Origin: Octopus sinensis
Lineage: Eukaryota
Assembly: GCF_006345805.1 (NCBI RefSeq)
Contig: NC_043007.1
Coordinates: 38,316,001 to 38,380,000 of the forward strand
DNA length: 64,000 bases
Direction: 5' to 3'
The translations under genes and the position numbers were made by a program. Under the pieces are notes generated by a model. It was not told the origin of the DNA and did not search any database. It saw only the letters and a list, made by a program, of their open reading frames with translations. How positions within the stretch are numbered: position 1 is the first letter of the stretch; each line of letters starts with the position of its first letter. Below are positions 36,918 through 49,500 of this stretch, one piece after another.

Positions 36918-39900
36918 GTTTCTGATTTAGGCACAAAGCCAGCAATTTAGTTTGATGCAAAAACAAATAATCTCAATCATATATGAAACACAACCACCAC
37001 CCAACAAATTAATGCAACCAATATTGCATATACTCTATACAGACAAAACACTAAAATAATTGGCAGAAATGACAAAACAAATAAAATACCAAAGCAAACA
37101 GATGTAATAATGCACAAACAATTCAATATACTCCATAGACAATGCAGCATACACTTCAGGAAGATGGAAATGCACATCATAGTGCAGTAGAAATTTACAG
37201 AAAAAGTTAGACATAATAATTAATAATCTTTTCTACTATAGGCACAAAGCATGAAATTTTGCAAGAGGGGGCTAGTCGATTACAGTGCTCAACTGGTATT
37301 TATTTCATCAACCCCGAAAGGATGAAAGGCAAAATCAGCTTTGGCAGAATTTGAACTCAGAACATAAAATCAGAATGTTAAACATTTTGCCTGATGTGCT
37401 AACAATTTTGTCAGCTCACTATGTTAATATTAATATTAATAATAATAATAATAATAACAATGGCTTCTGATTAAGGCCCAAGGCCAATATTTCCGAGGGG
37501 AGAGAGCTAGTTAATATTATCTACCTCAGTACATAATTGGCACTTTATTTTATCTACCCTGAAAGGAAAGTTGACTTTGGCAGGATTTGAACTCACAGCA
37601 TAAAGAACTAGAACAAATCTCAAAAAGCATTTTTCCATTATAAAGAACTTTAATGATTTTGTTACTCCACCATTTAAATTTCTAAATTCAACACAGAGGT
37701 GTAATTGAATATAACCAATTATAACTTTATAGGAATTAATTATTAACTCCTGATAGGATTTAACTCAAAATAAAATTACACAGACATATATGGATTCTAC
37801 CAATCCACTGCACTTTGTCAATTTGAATGATCATTTTTTTTTCCTTGCATTGGCATCAGGCTACAAATTTCAGCAGAAGGGAACAGATAATTACATCAAT
37901 TCTAGTATTTTGCTGGTATTTATTCAATCACTCCCCCATCACAACTCTCAGACAGATGACAGGAAAACTAGGAAGCTATCAGCATTTTAACTGCTGAATC
38001 TACCAGACACCAACCTTGACACATATTCAATAATAATAATATTGGTTTCTAACATAGGCACAAGGTCACAGAATTTCAAGGAGAAAGGTGGTGGGGAATA
38101 TAGTGGATTATATCAAACCTCATATGTCCTTGGAAAGATTATAGAAAAGTTGATCTTAGTGGAATTTGAACTGAGAATATGAAGGGTTGTAATTAAAATA
38201 GAGCAAGTAATTTTATCTGGTACTATAATGTTCTGCCAATTTACCATTGATTATAATAGCTACAATAGCAATTACTAAGAACCAGTTGAAGATAGATGTG
38301 TTGTCTTTTCCCCATTGCTGACATGAACTAGCCCATGTTTAACATACTTGAACTAATCCATACACAATCAACTGATAGTTATCAAAACTTATTCAAGTGA
38401 ACATATAAAATGTTTATTTTGTCCTTTCCTCAGTAGACTCTTGCCTAGTCTCACTTTTGTGTTTATTTTTACAATACAAGTATTTTTCCAGTGATTGAAT
38501 CTTGTTCTTACTATTCTCTAGTGGAATTTTTCTCCTAGTACCAATTACAACCAAGATATTGAGCAGAATTATTTGTTTCTCTAGTTATTTATTTGATGCT
38601 ATCTATCTAGCATCTGCAAGATTACAAACACGAAAAAGAAAAAAAAAACTGGTGAAATGGTTGTCTCAATTGAACAGATAGATGCACTCCTTCAATGTTG
38701 TCTTTTCCCCACTCACCAATGTGAACTAGTCCAGTCTATGTTTAATAAAAGGGAAAAGAATATGCCTCTGTCTTCTGTTTTTAACAATTATAATTCTAAT
38801 GGTTTCTTTACAATGCAAAGTAAACAATCATTAGTCTTATAATTATTATTACAATAGTATAGGTGCAAGGTTAGAACTTAATGGGAGGGATTATTTGATA
38901 AAACTGATCTCAATGCTTGACGAGTGCTTTTCCTCTCAATCTCCAAAGGATGAAAATCAACTCGTGGGATATAAACACAGGATGTAATTAAATGTCACAA
39001 GACATTTTGACTGGTACTCTATTAGTTATCATTTATTACTATAAGCACATAGCCTGAAATTTCAGGAAAGAGGGCAAATCAATTATACTAACACCAATGC
39101 TCAACTGATACTTATTTACCCTGAAAGGATGAAAAGCAAAGTCAACCTCAGCAGCATTTGAATTCAAAATGTAAAGAAACGGAAGAAATACCAGCATTTT
39201 GTTCAGTGTGGTAACAATTCTACCAGTTTATCACTATTTATAATGATGATAATAATTGCAAATTTAGTTATATGGCTAGCAATTTCAGTGGGAGGGAGTA
39301 AATCATCATCATCATTATCGTTTAACATCCGCTTTCCATGCTAGCATGGGTTGGACGATTTGACTGAGGTCTGGCAAACCAGATGGCTGCACCAGACTCC
39401 AACCTGATCTGGCAGAGTTTCTACAGCTGGATGCCCTTCCTAACGCCAACCACTCCGAGAGTGTAGTGGCTGTTTTTACGTGCCACCGGCACGAGGGCCA
39501 CTCAGGTGGTACTGGCAACGGCCATGTTCAAATGGTGCTTTTTATGTTCCACCTGCACAGCAGCCAGTCCAGCAGCACTAGTAATGACCTCGCTTGAATA
39601 TTTTTTTTCACGTGCCACAAGCACAAGTGTTAGTAAGGCTAACAAGTAACGATCATGCTCGAATGGTGTTTTTAATGTACCATCATCAATCCCAGTACTT
39701 GACTGGTACTTTATTTTTATCAACCCTGAAAGGATGAAAAGCAAAGTTGACCTCAGCAAGCACTGAACTAACAATGTAAAGGATTGCAAATAAATATGAG
39801 AGGGCATTTTGTTTGACTCAAATTACACCAATCAATCATCCTTTGTAATACTCTTGATACCAACCTGCCTGAGACTGCACCTAGTTCTATGATACAAAAA

Positions 39901-39920
39901 CCTTGTTTTAAAGTACTACT

Positions 39921-40237
39921 ATTGGCACTCGGTTATGACAATGAGGGTTCCAGTTTGATCCAATCAATGGAAGCCTGCTCATAAAATTAACATGCAAGTG
40001 GCTGAGCACTCCACAAACATGTGTACCCTTAACAAAGTTCTCAGGGAGATTAAGTATGACACAATGTAACAAGGCTGGCCCTTTGAAATACAGGTACTAC
40101 TCATTTTTTCCAGTTAAGTGGACAGGAGCGATGTGAAATAAAGTGCCTTTCTCAAGGACAATAAGTCACCGGGAACTGAACTCATGACCTTACAATTCTA
40201 AGCTGAATGCCATAACCACTAAGTCATGCACCTTCAT
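39921..40237 (-). mobile_element. tRNA-derived SINE family D (V-domain-like)
   Basis: Minus strand head TGAAGGTGCATGACTTAGTGGTTA..GAGTTCAGTTCCCGG, then TCCTTGAGAAAGGCACTTTATTTCAC. Related piece at 27270-27470. Confidence 0.55.
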
Positions 40238-42748
40238 GTTTCAAAGTAATCTAAAAACGTACTCTCAAAATTTCAGGTTGGTTCATGTTCCAAACATCAT
40301 CATCATCATCTAGTGTTTTAAATCCAAGTTTTGTCCCCATTAACGGGGGTGGCCAGATCTACCTCAATGCCATAGCAACCAAGGTAGGCGGGTGCAGCCC
40401 ACCCCAAACTTTGGGCGGGCTGGCTGGTGCCCATTCTCCTTTGCTATCATGAAGCTTTTTTTGAAGCAGAATTTTCTATGGGAAGCATGCCATTGCTTAC
40501 CCCCAACCTCAGTTTGTAGACATGAGTGATCCCAAGACCAAAGCCTCTACCACAATTTTTAAGAAACGTGGTGGAAAACTAGCTCAGGAAGGCAGGGATG
40601 CTACTCCCTGAGACCTCTTTCGGAGCCCCTTTACCTATCAAACACCAGTTTAATAACTAACTACAAAAATATTTCACTAAATTTTTCATTATTTCCAAAT
40701 TATTTGAAACAAAGGCAGTGTGCTTCAACAGAAATATAGTAACAAAAGGGTTAAAATCATAAAAGGATTGAGAGAAAATGTGGAATATCATCATCATAAT
40801 TTAATATACATGTTTTATACCAGCATGGGTTGGATGGTTTGATAGGACTGCATCGTGCTCATATGGCTGCTTTTGCATGGTTTCTGTAGCTGAATGCCCT
40901 TTCTAATACCTAAGACTTTACAGCATGGACTGAGTGCGATTTTCATGCCAGCTTCACTATTGAGGTTGTCATGCGGTTTGCAGGACTACAGATTCTGGGG
41001 GAGGTGGGGAGTCAGTTTCATGTTCAGGGATGAAGGGATTACTATGAGAAGTGAGGAGGCAGAGCAAGGATCTGCATGACCACTCATTTCTAGTAAAGGA
41101 AAAGGGGAGAGGGAAAGAGAAAATTATCAGTAGTAACTGCAGGAGATAGATAATGACAATCTGGTACCTTGGTGGTCCCCACCCCTGCGAGACACGAGCT
41201 GAGGAGAAGGGAGTGGTAAGGCAAGCAGTTTGCAAGATTATATGGAAAGAATATTGAAGGAGAAGAAAAAAAATTAATAAATGATAATTAATGATAAAAG
41301 AGAATAAACTGGCAATCACTGAGATAAAGAAACCTAATACACCACTTAACAATGATAAGCAGCCATATCAACTGACCCCCACCCTGCGTTCCCTCACTGG
41401 GAGATAAAACAAAGAGTCAATGGTGGATGGGGACAGACAACAAAGAGTATGACACTAATGATTTCTAAAAATGGGACATGTCATAAAATCTCTTGGGAGA
41501 AGGTTCAGTTGAATCAACCCCAGAAGAATGATAGCCCAGTTGACCAAGGTTTAAACTCAGCATGTAAAGAGCTGTAACTAAATTCTGCAAAGCATTTTGT
41601 CTGAAAATCTAATGATCCAGCAAATTTTTAACATAGGCACAAGGCCACAAATTTGTGGGGAATGAGAACAGTGAAGTATATTGACCCCCCCCCCCCACCA
41701 GTTCTTGGCCAGTACTTTATTTCAATCAAATGTAGAAAGATGAAAGGTAAAGCAGACACTGACTAGTTTTAAACTAAAAGCATAGAGGGACTGAACTAAA
41801 CTGTTAACTAAAGGCATTGTGTTACATTTTCTACCAACTGTGTCAACAATTGCCCCCAGATTGCCATTTAATTTGAATTTCTGTAGGTCTATTATTTAAA
41901 AATAGTACTGTTGTAAAATCAGGGTTTACTAAACTCAAAACAGAACCAAGAATGAATGCTTGAGAGAGTCAGAATGGAGTGAGGAAGAGGAAGAGAGAGT
42001 AAGACAAAAAGAGAATGGACATACACATACAAGCATAAAGACCAACATCTTTTTTAATGGTTTAACCTGGAGGAAGGTGCTGTGGCCATGTCTCTGCAGC
42101 CATCTAAGATCAGTAAGATTGCTGTGCTTTTTTTAACCTGGTCTAAGAAAAGGTTGAAGAATTAACCTTTTCATACATGACAGAGATTTATAAGGGCAGT
42201 GTTCAATTTCTAGTTTCCATAGAATATTCCTCCAAGAACTAAGTAGAATGAGGTTACAAAAATACATGGATTTTCTCCCAAAACAACAAAACATTAGAAC
42301 TCATTATTTCTTATATATATTTCTTAAATGTATTGTGACAAGTGTAACCACTTAAATCTGATATTTTCTAATTCTACTTCCTCACTTAAGTAATACTATG
42401 TGGATTGCATTTTCATGGAAAAAAGCCTTTCCTGCATTCGTATACAACATGGTTGTCATTGAATGAGGAAACAGAATTAATGAAAAATAACTGATGCAAA
42501 CAGAAATCAAGTGTTAATTAAAAATAATGATTCCTAGCTTAAGCACAAAACCAAAAATGTTTCCTGGGAGAAGGGAAATGAGATTAAATTGATGACAAAT
42601 TACTCATTCTTATTCTATCACTCACAGAAGAATGAACAGAAGACTTGACCTATGTAGGGTTTGAATGTAGAATGTGGGGAAAATTGCAAAAAAAAGCATC
42701 ACAAAGGATTTTGTACATCAATGCAAGTTAAAATAAAATATTTCTCAA

Positions 42749-42971
42749 TTAACCCTTTTAATACCAACCCGCCTAAGGCCACTTCATGTTCTATAATGCA
42801 AACTTCTTGTTCTAAAATTACCTTATATAAAAATTTCGTGTTTAATTTAGAATTCAAACACCAGCCTAATAACACTAAATTTATTTCACTAAACACTTCA
42901 TTATATTCGAAATTAAGTGAAGCAAAGGTAGTAAGTGTATTTCAACAGAAATATGGTAACAAAGGGGTTAA
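42749..42971. mobile_element. TTAA-flanked MITE (piggyBac-like ends)
   Basis: TTAA|CCCTTT ... AAAGGGG|TTAA. Related partial copies near 33640-33870, 40640-40755, 47296-47503, 56540-56765 and 57970-58185. Confidence 0.65.
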
Positions 42972-43702
42972 ATAATTTCAACCATTATTCTGAGAAATTT
43001 AAATGAGTATTTTTAAACCAACAATAAAGTTTAGAGCACAAAGAAATGTAATAGTTTTTAGGATAATTCAATCAAACTGTATATATGTAATACTGATGTG
43101 TAAACTCTGAGAGAGTTTCGTGAGGAAAACGTAGGCCAATTAAATAGATTCTGTACTTGTTGGTATACATTTTATCAAACCCACCCCTCAAAGAGATAAA
43201 CGATAAATGTATCCAGGGTGTGATGAGAAAAACAAAACAAAAAATAACTAGTGCCCTACATTTCTGCCACATGTTTTATTTAATATATAGTATCAATAAT
43301 AAAACAAAATTATTCCATTTGATATTCTGTCATAACTAGGATATTTTTGTGACATTTAATGGGGGAAATAGGGCAATGTTAAACAGCAATCACTCGAAAT
43401 TTAACAGAAAGTCAAAACTTACTGTAAAGCATCTGAAATGTTGATGGGAATGAATAAAATAAAGAAACTGCATTTAAATAGCTATCCTGTTTTGACAGTA
43501 AGGGTACATTTGTAAAGATGTACGTAAGTGCCAAAAACACCATCAGGGATGTCAAAATGGTTAATTTTATAGTCTTGTCTACATTTTAAAAAATTATTAT
43601 TATTTTTTTTTCAGTTCAGTACACAATCACGCACACATATATATTCACATACATGCACGCAGGTGTTCATTTGAGAACGAGGTGGTTAAAACGGCTTCTT
43701 AC

Positions 43703-43820
43703 CAAAATATTTTGGCTTTGCAAATTCGGGGAAATCTTCTTTGCGGTGGAGCGCCTTATGAAGAGCTAACATAGATTTGTGAAGACGTTTGAAATCATTG
43801 TAGCGTTTCCAGACATTTAT
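43703..43820 (-). CDS. RPS6KC1: RPS6KC1 PX-domain exon (INVWKRYNDFKRLHKSMLALHKALHRKEDFPEFAKPKYFG)
   Basis: PX signature VWKRYNDFKRLH. TTCTAG acceptor, GTAAGA donor, 118 nt, ends in phase 1. Confidence 0.92.
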
Positions 43821-44936
43821 CTAGAATAGAAGTAAAGAGAAAAACACCACTGTTGACTTGGTAAAACAACACGCTTGGGCAGTTGGGGGCGATGTATCTG
43901 TAGAGTATTCACAGCCAGCATTAGGGTGGCTGAATGATAAGTGATGATGGCAGTCAGGAGGATGAGTTGATTAAGGGTTTGGGCAGCTGGATTGAAACAC
44001 ACTGCTGTTGTTGTTTAGCCCCATAACAACTCTTGTCCAGCAGAGCTATGGTTAAAAGCATTCCAGTTATGACCAACCATCTCATTTTCACGGTATACCT
44101 AGAGCCATAATATCCAAAGTTTTCTTTTTTAAGATGGTAAGGTGAGGTTGGCTGCTGTTTCTAGCAAGATGAGTGACCAGGTTGAGGAGCTCCCAATTAG
44201 AAGTGGGTTGTTGCAGTATGTGATGGGATAGAGTGGCAGATTGGGGGGTGGGGTGGAATCAAGAAAGTGAAGGTAAGAATAGCTGAGGAAACAATAGTGA
44301 GATTACAATATGGATAATTAGAAGGTAACAAAAATATGGAGAGAAGGACAACAAGGAATCAGAGGGCATTAGAAGGAGAACAAGTGGGAATGAAAGAAAG
44401 TCTTGGTTGGAATGAACTAGAAAAAGAAAAGTTGGATGGGGTGACAACATGCACTAAGAGAGAGCAGAGGAAGAGAAAGAAAAATAGTAAGAATGTAAGA
44501 GGCAAGTAGGTAGGTGAATGGGTGATATTGCATGTGCGTGTGTTTGTCTGTGTATGAAGCACAGTAGGCAAGAAGGTATATTAGTGCTAGAGCCAATATG
44601 ATATGGGACAAGAGTAGAGCCATATCCTAGGCTTGACAGAAAAGAAATCAGAGGTGGCAGACTGGAGTAGAGCCCAATTTACTACAGTGACTGAGAAAGG
44701 GAGGAAGAAAGTGAGAGAGAGAAAAGAGAGAGGAAGTAAAGAAAAGGAGAGTGAAAGTTGAGTAATTTGGCCGTCAAAAGACCATAGTAAAGGAATCATT
44801 TAACCTCAATTGAGTCTTCAATCAACTGACTTGGTCAGTTGCAACACTATGACATATACATACACACATATATATCATCATCATTGTTTAACATCCACCT
44901 TCCATGCTAGCATATATATATGTATATAAACACATA

Positions 44937-45856
44937 CAAAGTGGTGTCAAAAAGTTCCCAGACTAGTTTTGTATCATGCCAACAGATTGCAGCATATGTT
45001 CGTATGTACAGTGAGAGTTAGCAGTGATCTTCATGAAGTGTGTGCTGAGTGACACCACTGTGTTTGCTTCACAAGTTGTGAAATTCGTGTTTTTGTGATC
45101 ACGTATATGCTGTAGTCTGTAATTTTATCAAAGACAGGAACAAAGAGCCAACATGAAATTTTGCATTAAACTTGGGAAGTTTGCTACAGAGACATTGAGC
45201 ATGCTTAGATAAGCATACAGCAATGAGGTAATGGATCATATGCAATGTTTCAAGTGGCACAAGACTTCAAAAGCGGAAGAACATCCTTGGAAGATGAGCA
45301 ATCTGGAAGACCTGCCACAAGTGTCACCCCTGGAAATGTGGTAATGTGCATCAAGAATTTAACCCCCCAGGGCCAGACCATCAATCGAGAGCTCTACTGC
45401 CATGTTTTGAAGCGTCTGAGGGAGGACATTTGGTGAAAGTGAACAGACCTGTAGAGTGCAAAGAATTGTATTCTTCACGATGACAATGCAATCTGTCGCT
45501 GAGCTCTCCTCACTCCTGAGTTTCTCGCCAAAAACATGCTATCGCTTCCACATCCACCCTATTCACCAGATTCACTAGATTTAGCACTGGTGGACTTCCA
45601 TCTCGTCCCCAAGATGAAAATTAAATTCAAAGGTTGCTGTTTTAACATCGCTGTTGAGATTCAGAGTGAATTATAGGTCTTCAACTCGCTTACAGAAAAC
45701 GATTTCCAGGCCAGATTCCAAAAGTGGCAGGAACACTGGGACCAGTGTATTGCTGCACAAGATGACTATTTTGAAGGAGATGATGTTAAACTTTAGTTTA
45801 ATTAAGTTATTTTTTTATCAAACAAACTAGTCTAGGAACCTTTTGATAATACCTCT
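44937..45856 (+). mobile_element. Internally deleted, decayed mariner transposon with both TIRs
   Basis: Imperfect TIRs (GTCAAAAAGTTCCCAGACTAGTTT / AAACTAGTCTAGGAACCTTTTTGAT) with TA flanks. Broken frames give FKSGRTSLEDEQSGRP, QTINRELYCHVLKRLRE, LHDDNA, HPPYSPD. Confidence 0.85.
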
Positions 45857-46077
45857 TATATATATATATATATGAGCGTACATACATACACGCACTATAC
45901 ATATATATGGGTGTGTATATGTATGTGTGAATATGTTTATATACATACATATGTATACACATAGAGATATACATATATGTATGCACACATACAAACATAC
46001 ATATATATTATACAAACATATCTCCTATAATTACATACACAGCAACTACAGATTATTGTTACATGTTAAAGGTGTGT

Positions 46078-46112
<35 letters not shown>
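46078..46112. repeat. (TAG)n microsatellite
   Basis: Direct reading; it explains the poly-V ORF. Confidence 0.9.
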
Positions 46113-46113
<1 letters not shown>

Positions 46114-46498
46114 CAGTAGCAGCAACAGTTACAGCAAAAATATTAAGAATATATTCAAAGAGAAGAATAAAAGATAAAAACATTTTATTTCTTTTAATTA
46201 AAAAAAAGAACATCTTCTTCACTAAGATCTGTAATAGAATTCTTTACAAGTAGCTGTCTGGAATGATCTAAAAAGTACTGCTTGGAGTAAAATCACACAT
46301 GATGAGGTTTCTAGATATCATATCATTTCCGACAAAGTATGACACCAATTTTCTATCGGATATTATTTTGCCAGCTGCTTATGAGCAGACGAGGAAGTAT
46401 CAATGTATTCATTCTACCTGATCAAAACAGCAGCCAAATCTTCCTAAAATTACACCATGACATCATATATATGCATATGTGTGAGTATATGAATGTAG

Positions 46499-46542
<44 letters not shown>

Positions 46543-49500
46543 GTGCAAATATGTATGTTGAAGAGTGTAGTTGGGAGTACACTATGGCTGAAAAAAGAAA
46601 GTGTGCCAAAATGATCACGGCTGAAACACCTTTGATGATTGTTCCACTCAATCAATTCCAGCTCTGGAGTTAAATAACAAGGTCTTGTATATTTCAACTA
46701 ACTGTATCACACAGCTCCTACATGCCTGCACACACACAATTTCTTCCATCTTCCACTCCTGCTTTGTTACAACCCAGTAGTGACAAACACAGCAAGCCAG
46801 CCCGGAGGATATTTCCATTCAATGGAATGATACTTAAACACATGAATACATAGTATAACATGGAAACCGACAAATATTGGCACTAATACATTCTGCAGTA
46901 TGTCTGGAATTTTTTTTTTGGCCTTTTTATCAGTTTCTCCTATAAACTCAATTTTGGGGGGTTTATTTTTTAGAACAGAGATGACCAAATATTTGTTTGG
47001 CCATCACAAATTTGGTTCTAAAATACATTCCTAGTGTCTGTACACTATAATAGTCTTTGTGTCAACACACAAAACACACCCTACTATATTAAAAACACTA
47101 ATTATTGGACAATGTAGTTGACGATATACTATATCTGAAAAAAAAAAAAATGGATGGTCACATAGAATGTTTGAAGTCAACCTGGGGTTAAATAATTATA
47201 TAACTGCACACCATAAAAATATATCTGAGGTTCTACAATACAACAGAAGATAACATTACAAGAAGTAATTTTTTGGCTAAGATACACTCACTCTCTTAAC
47301 CCTTCTGACACCAACGAGCCTGAGATAAATTTGTTTTATAATGATTTAAATCAAAACCTCCCATCAAAATTTCATATTAATTTATGTTCCAAACATCAGA
47401 TTAACAAGAACAAAGTTATTTCATTAAATTCTTCATTGTTTTAAAAATTAATTGAAATGACGGCAGTGTATATCAATAGAAATAAGGTAACAAAAATGTT
47501 AAAAGGTTCCAATGCTTCTCATCCCAGTTAAAGGTGTAATGATCCACCTTAGGAACCATTAGTTATTGTTGTTTCATACTCCTGGTTAGTCCAGGTGGAG
47601 CAAAAGTCACTAGTAGAACACAAGTCACTGATCAAACAAGTTTGGTGTGACTCAAAGATTGACCACTGGGGATAAACTAGACCTATGGTTTGTTGCAGAG
47701 TACATAGCACACACTGACAGGCAGCTGTGTTGTTCATGAGGTGACCACAGAAATGCTTAGGCTAGTCATCAATTACATCAAACAGTGACTGAGACTTTAT
47801 GCTTCTGGTAAAAAAATCTTGAGTTACAATGGCCAATTTTTAAAATGGTATAGCTATGGTAAAATATCTTACTGAAACCAGAGATTTTCTACAGCACATC
47901 TATATCACATAGACTACAGTATGACAGTCTGGACATGCTGTCTGCAATGTCCAGACAGCTCCAGCTCAAGTGAATCACTAAAAGCAACGGTGTTGCTGTG
48001 TCTCCTCCTCTGCTTCTTGCACATAAAAATAGTCTGGAGACAAGATTAGTAAGATAATTCTGAATGTATCTTAGCTATAAACAAATCAGGCACATAGGTT
48101 CAATACTTAGCTAGTTAAGAACAACAAATACAATAAGGGCAGTTGTAGAGCAGCAGAGTGATTTTTGTACAGTCACTGCTGCAGGTAGTAACATTGTTGG
48201 TGAGATAGAATTTACAGTAAGCAGTATTTCTGAAACGAGAGTACCCCAGCATGGCTACAGTTCACTGATTGAAACCAGTAAATGAACATGAATCCCCAAA
48301 AGACACATAGGCTGTGGAGCAAAGTTCCAGTTTTAATCTCGATTCAGGATAATTCTGTATCTGGTTAACATACTAGTCTAATGCAGATAACATTCCTCAA
48401 CTAGGGAAAGTGAAACATGTACAGCGAATTATACTTATTGCACACATACACAACATAGTGCCTGCAATAAATTTTTGTAACTCAGGATGTTAATTGGTAC
48501 TCTTGTACCTCAGTCATTTCATATCTATAAACATTTTCAGTAATCATTAGCAAGAGGAAAAGTCAGGGAGTGTCTAGCATGCAGTTGTGTTGATAAGAGC
48601 TGATGAAGTATAGAGTTGAGTAACGTATTTAAAAATTATAGTTTAATAGGAGTAGGTGAGGAGTAATAGAATTTAAAACAAACAATTGTGACTAGGGGAG
48701 TTCTAGAAGGGATGCAGCTGTAGAAGTGACAGAAGGAAGGAAAGAAAAGGAAGACGTTAAGAAAACAAGTTGAAGAGACTGGGCGAGATTCTTGACATGT
48801 TCTAGTAGGAAGTAAATATGTAAGGAGACACACTAAAAGAGACTTGATTGATTAAACATTATTTAAGCAGCAGTAAAAGAGAAAGAAGATCAGACATAGC
48901 TGGGTGTCTGTGGCATGCTAACATGCTAAATGGCTGACATTCTGAATATATTGATCAGTTTACTTAACAAAACACCAACACACTTCAGTGATATCCTCAA
49001 TTTTTTAAGTATGTTGTTAGCTGGGCATTGATGTTTCTAAAATATTTTAAAGTTCTAGAAGACCCTCAATCTAAGTAAAGAGGACTAAAATAACTTTGAA
49101 AAAGGCAACTTATGTAGGGTTGATATATAACCAGAAATGTAATGGTCTAACCAGGAGGGAAAATGTTATAGAAAGATTCTGGAAAATCCATCTGCAAGGG
49201 CTAAAATGTTGTTGGTCTTCGTAAATATTTTTTTAATAAGGTTGTCAGGATAAAAGGGGCAGTTCCCATGGTCTTTGCAAGCCCCTTGAAACATTTGAGA
49301 CCGGTGCAGTTGATACTTAACTTGAAAACATGGCTCTAGTTTGAATGTTTAGATCAGAGTAAACACTTCAAAAGTCACCCTGAACATAAAATGATTCAGC
49401 AGACTTCACTTAACTCAGTAGTAATGAACCAGATGGACAAGAAGTTACTCAAATCATCCTATGTGACTCTCACATATAAATCAATGCACAGCTCCAGTTT

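Noticed and set aside
46585-46640. CUGAAAAAAGA...CGGCU GAAA CACC, a possible ribozyme relic
   Set aside because: The core and stems are too degenerate to support.
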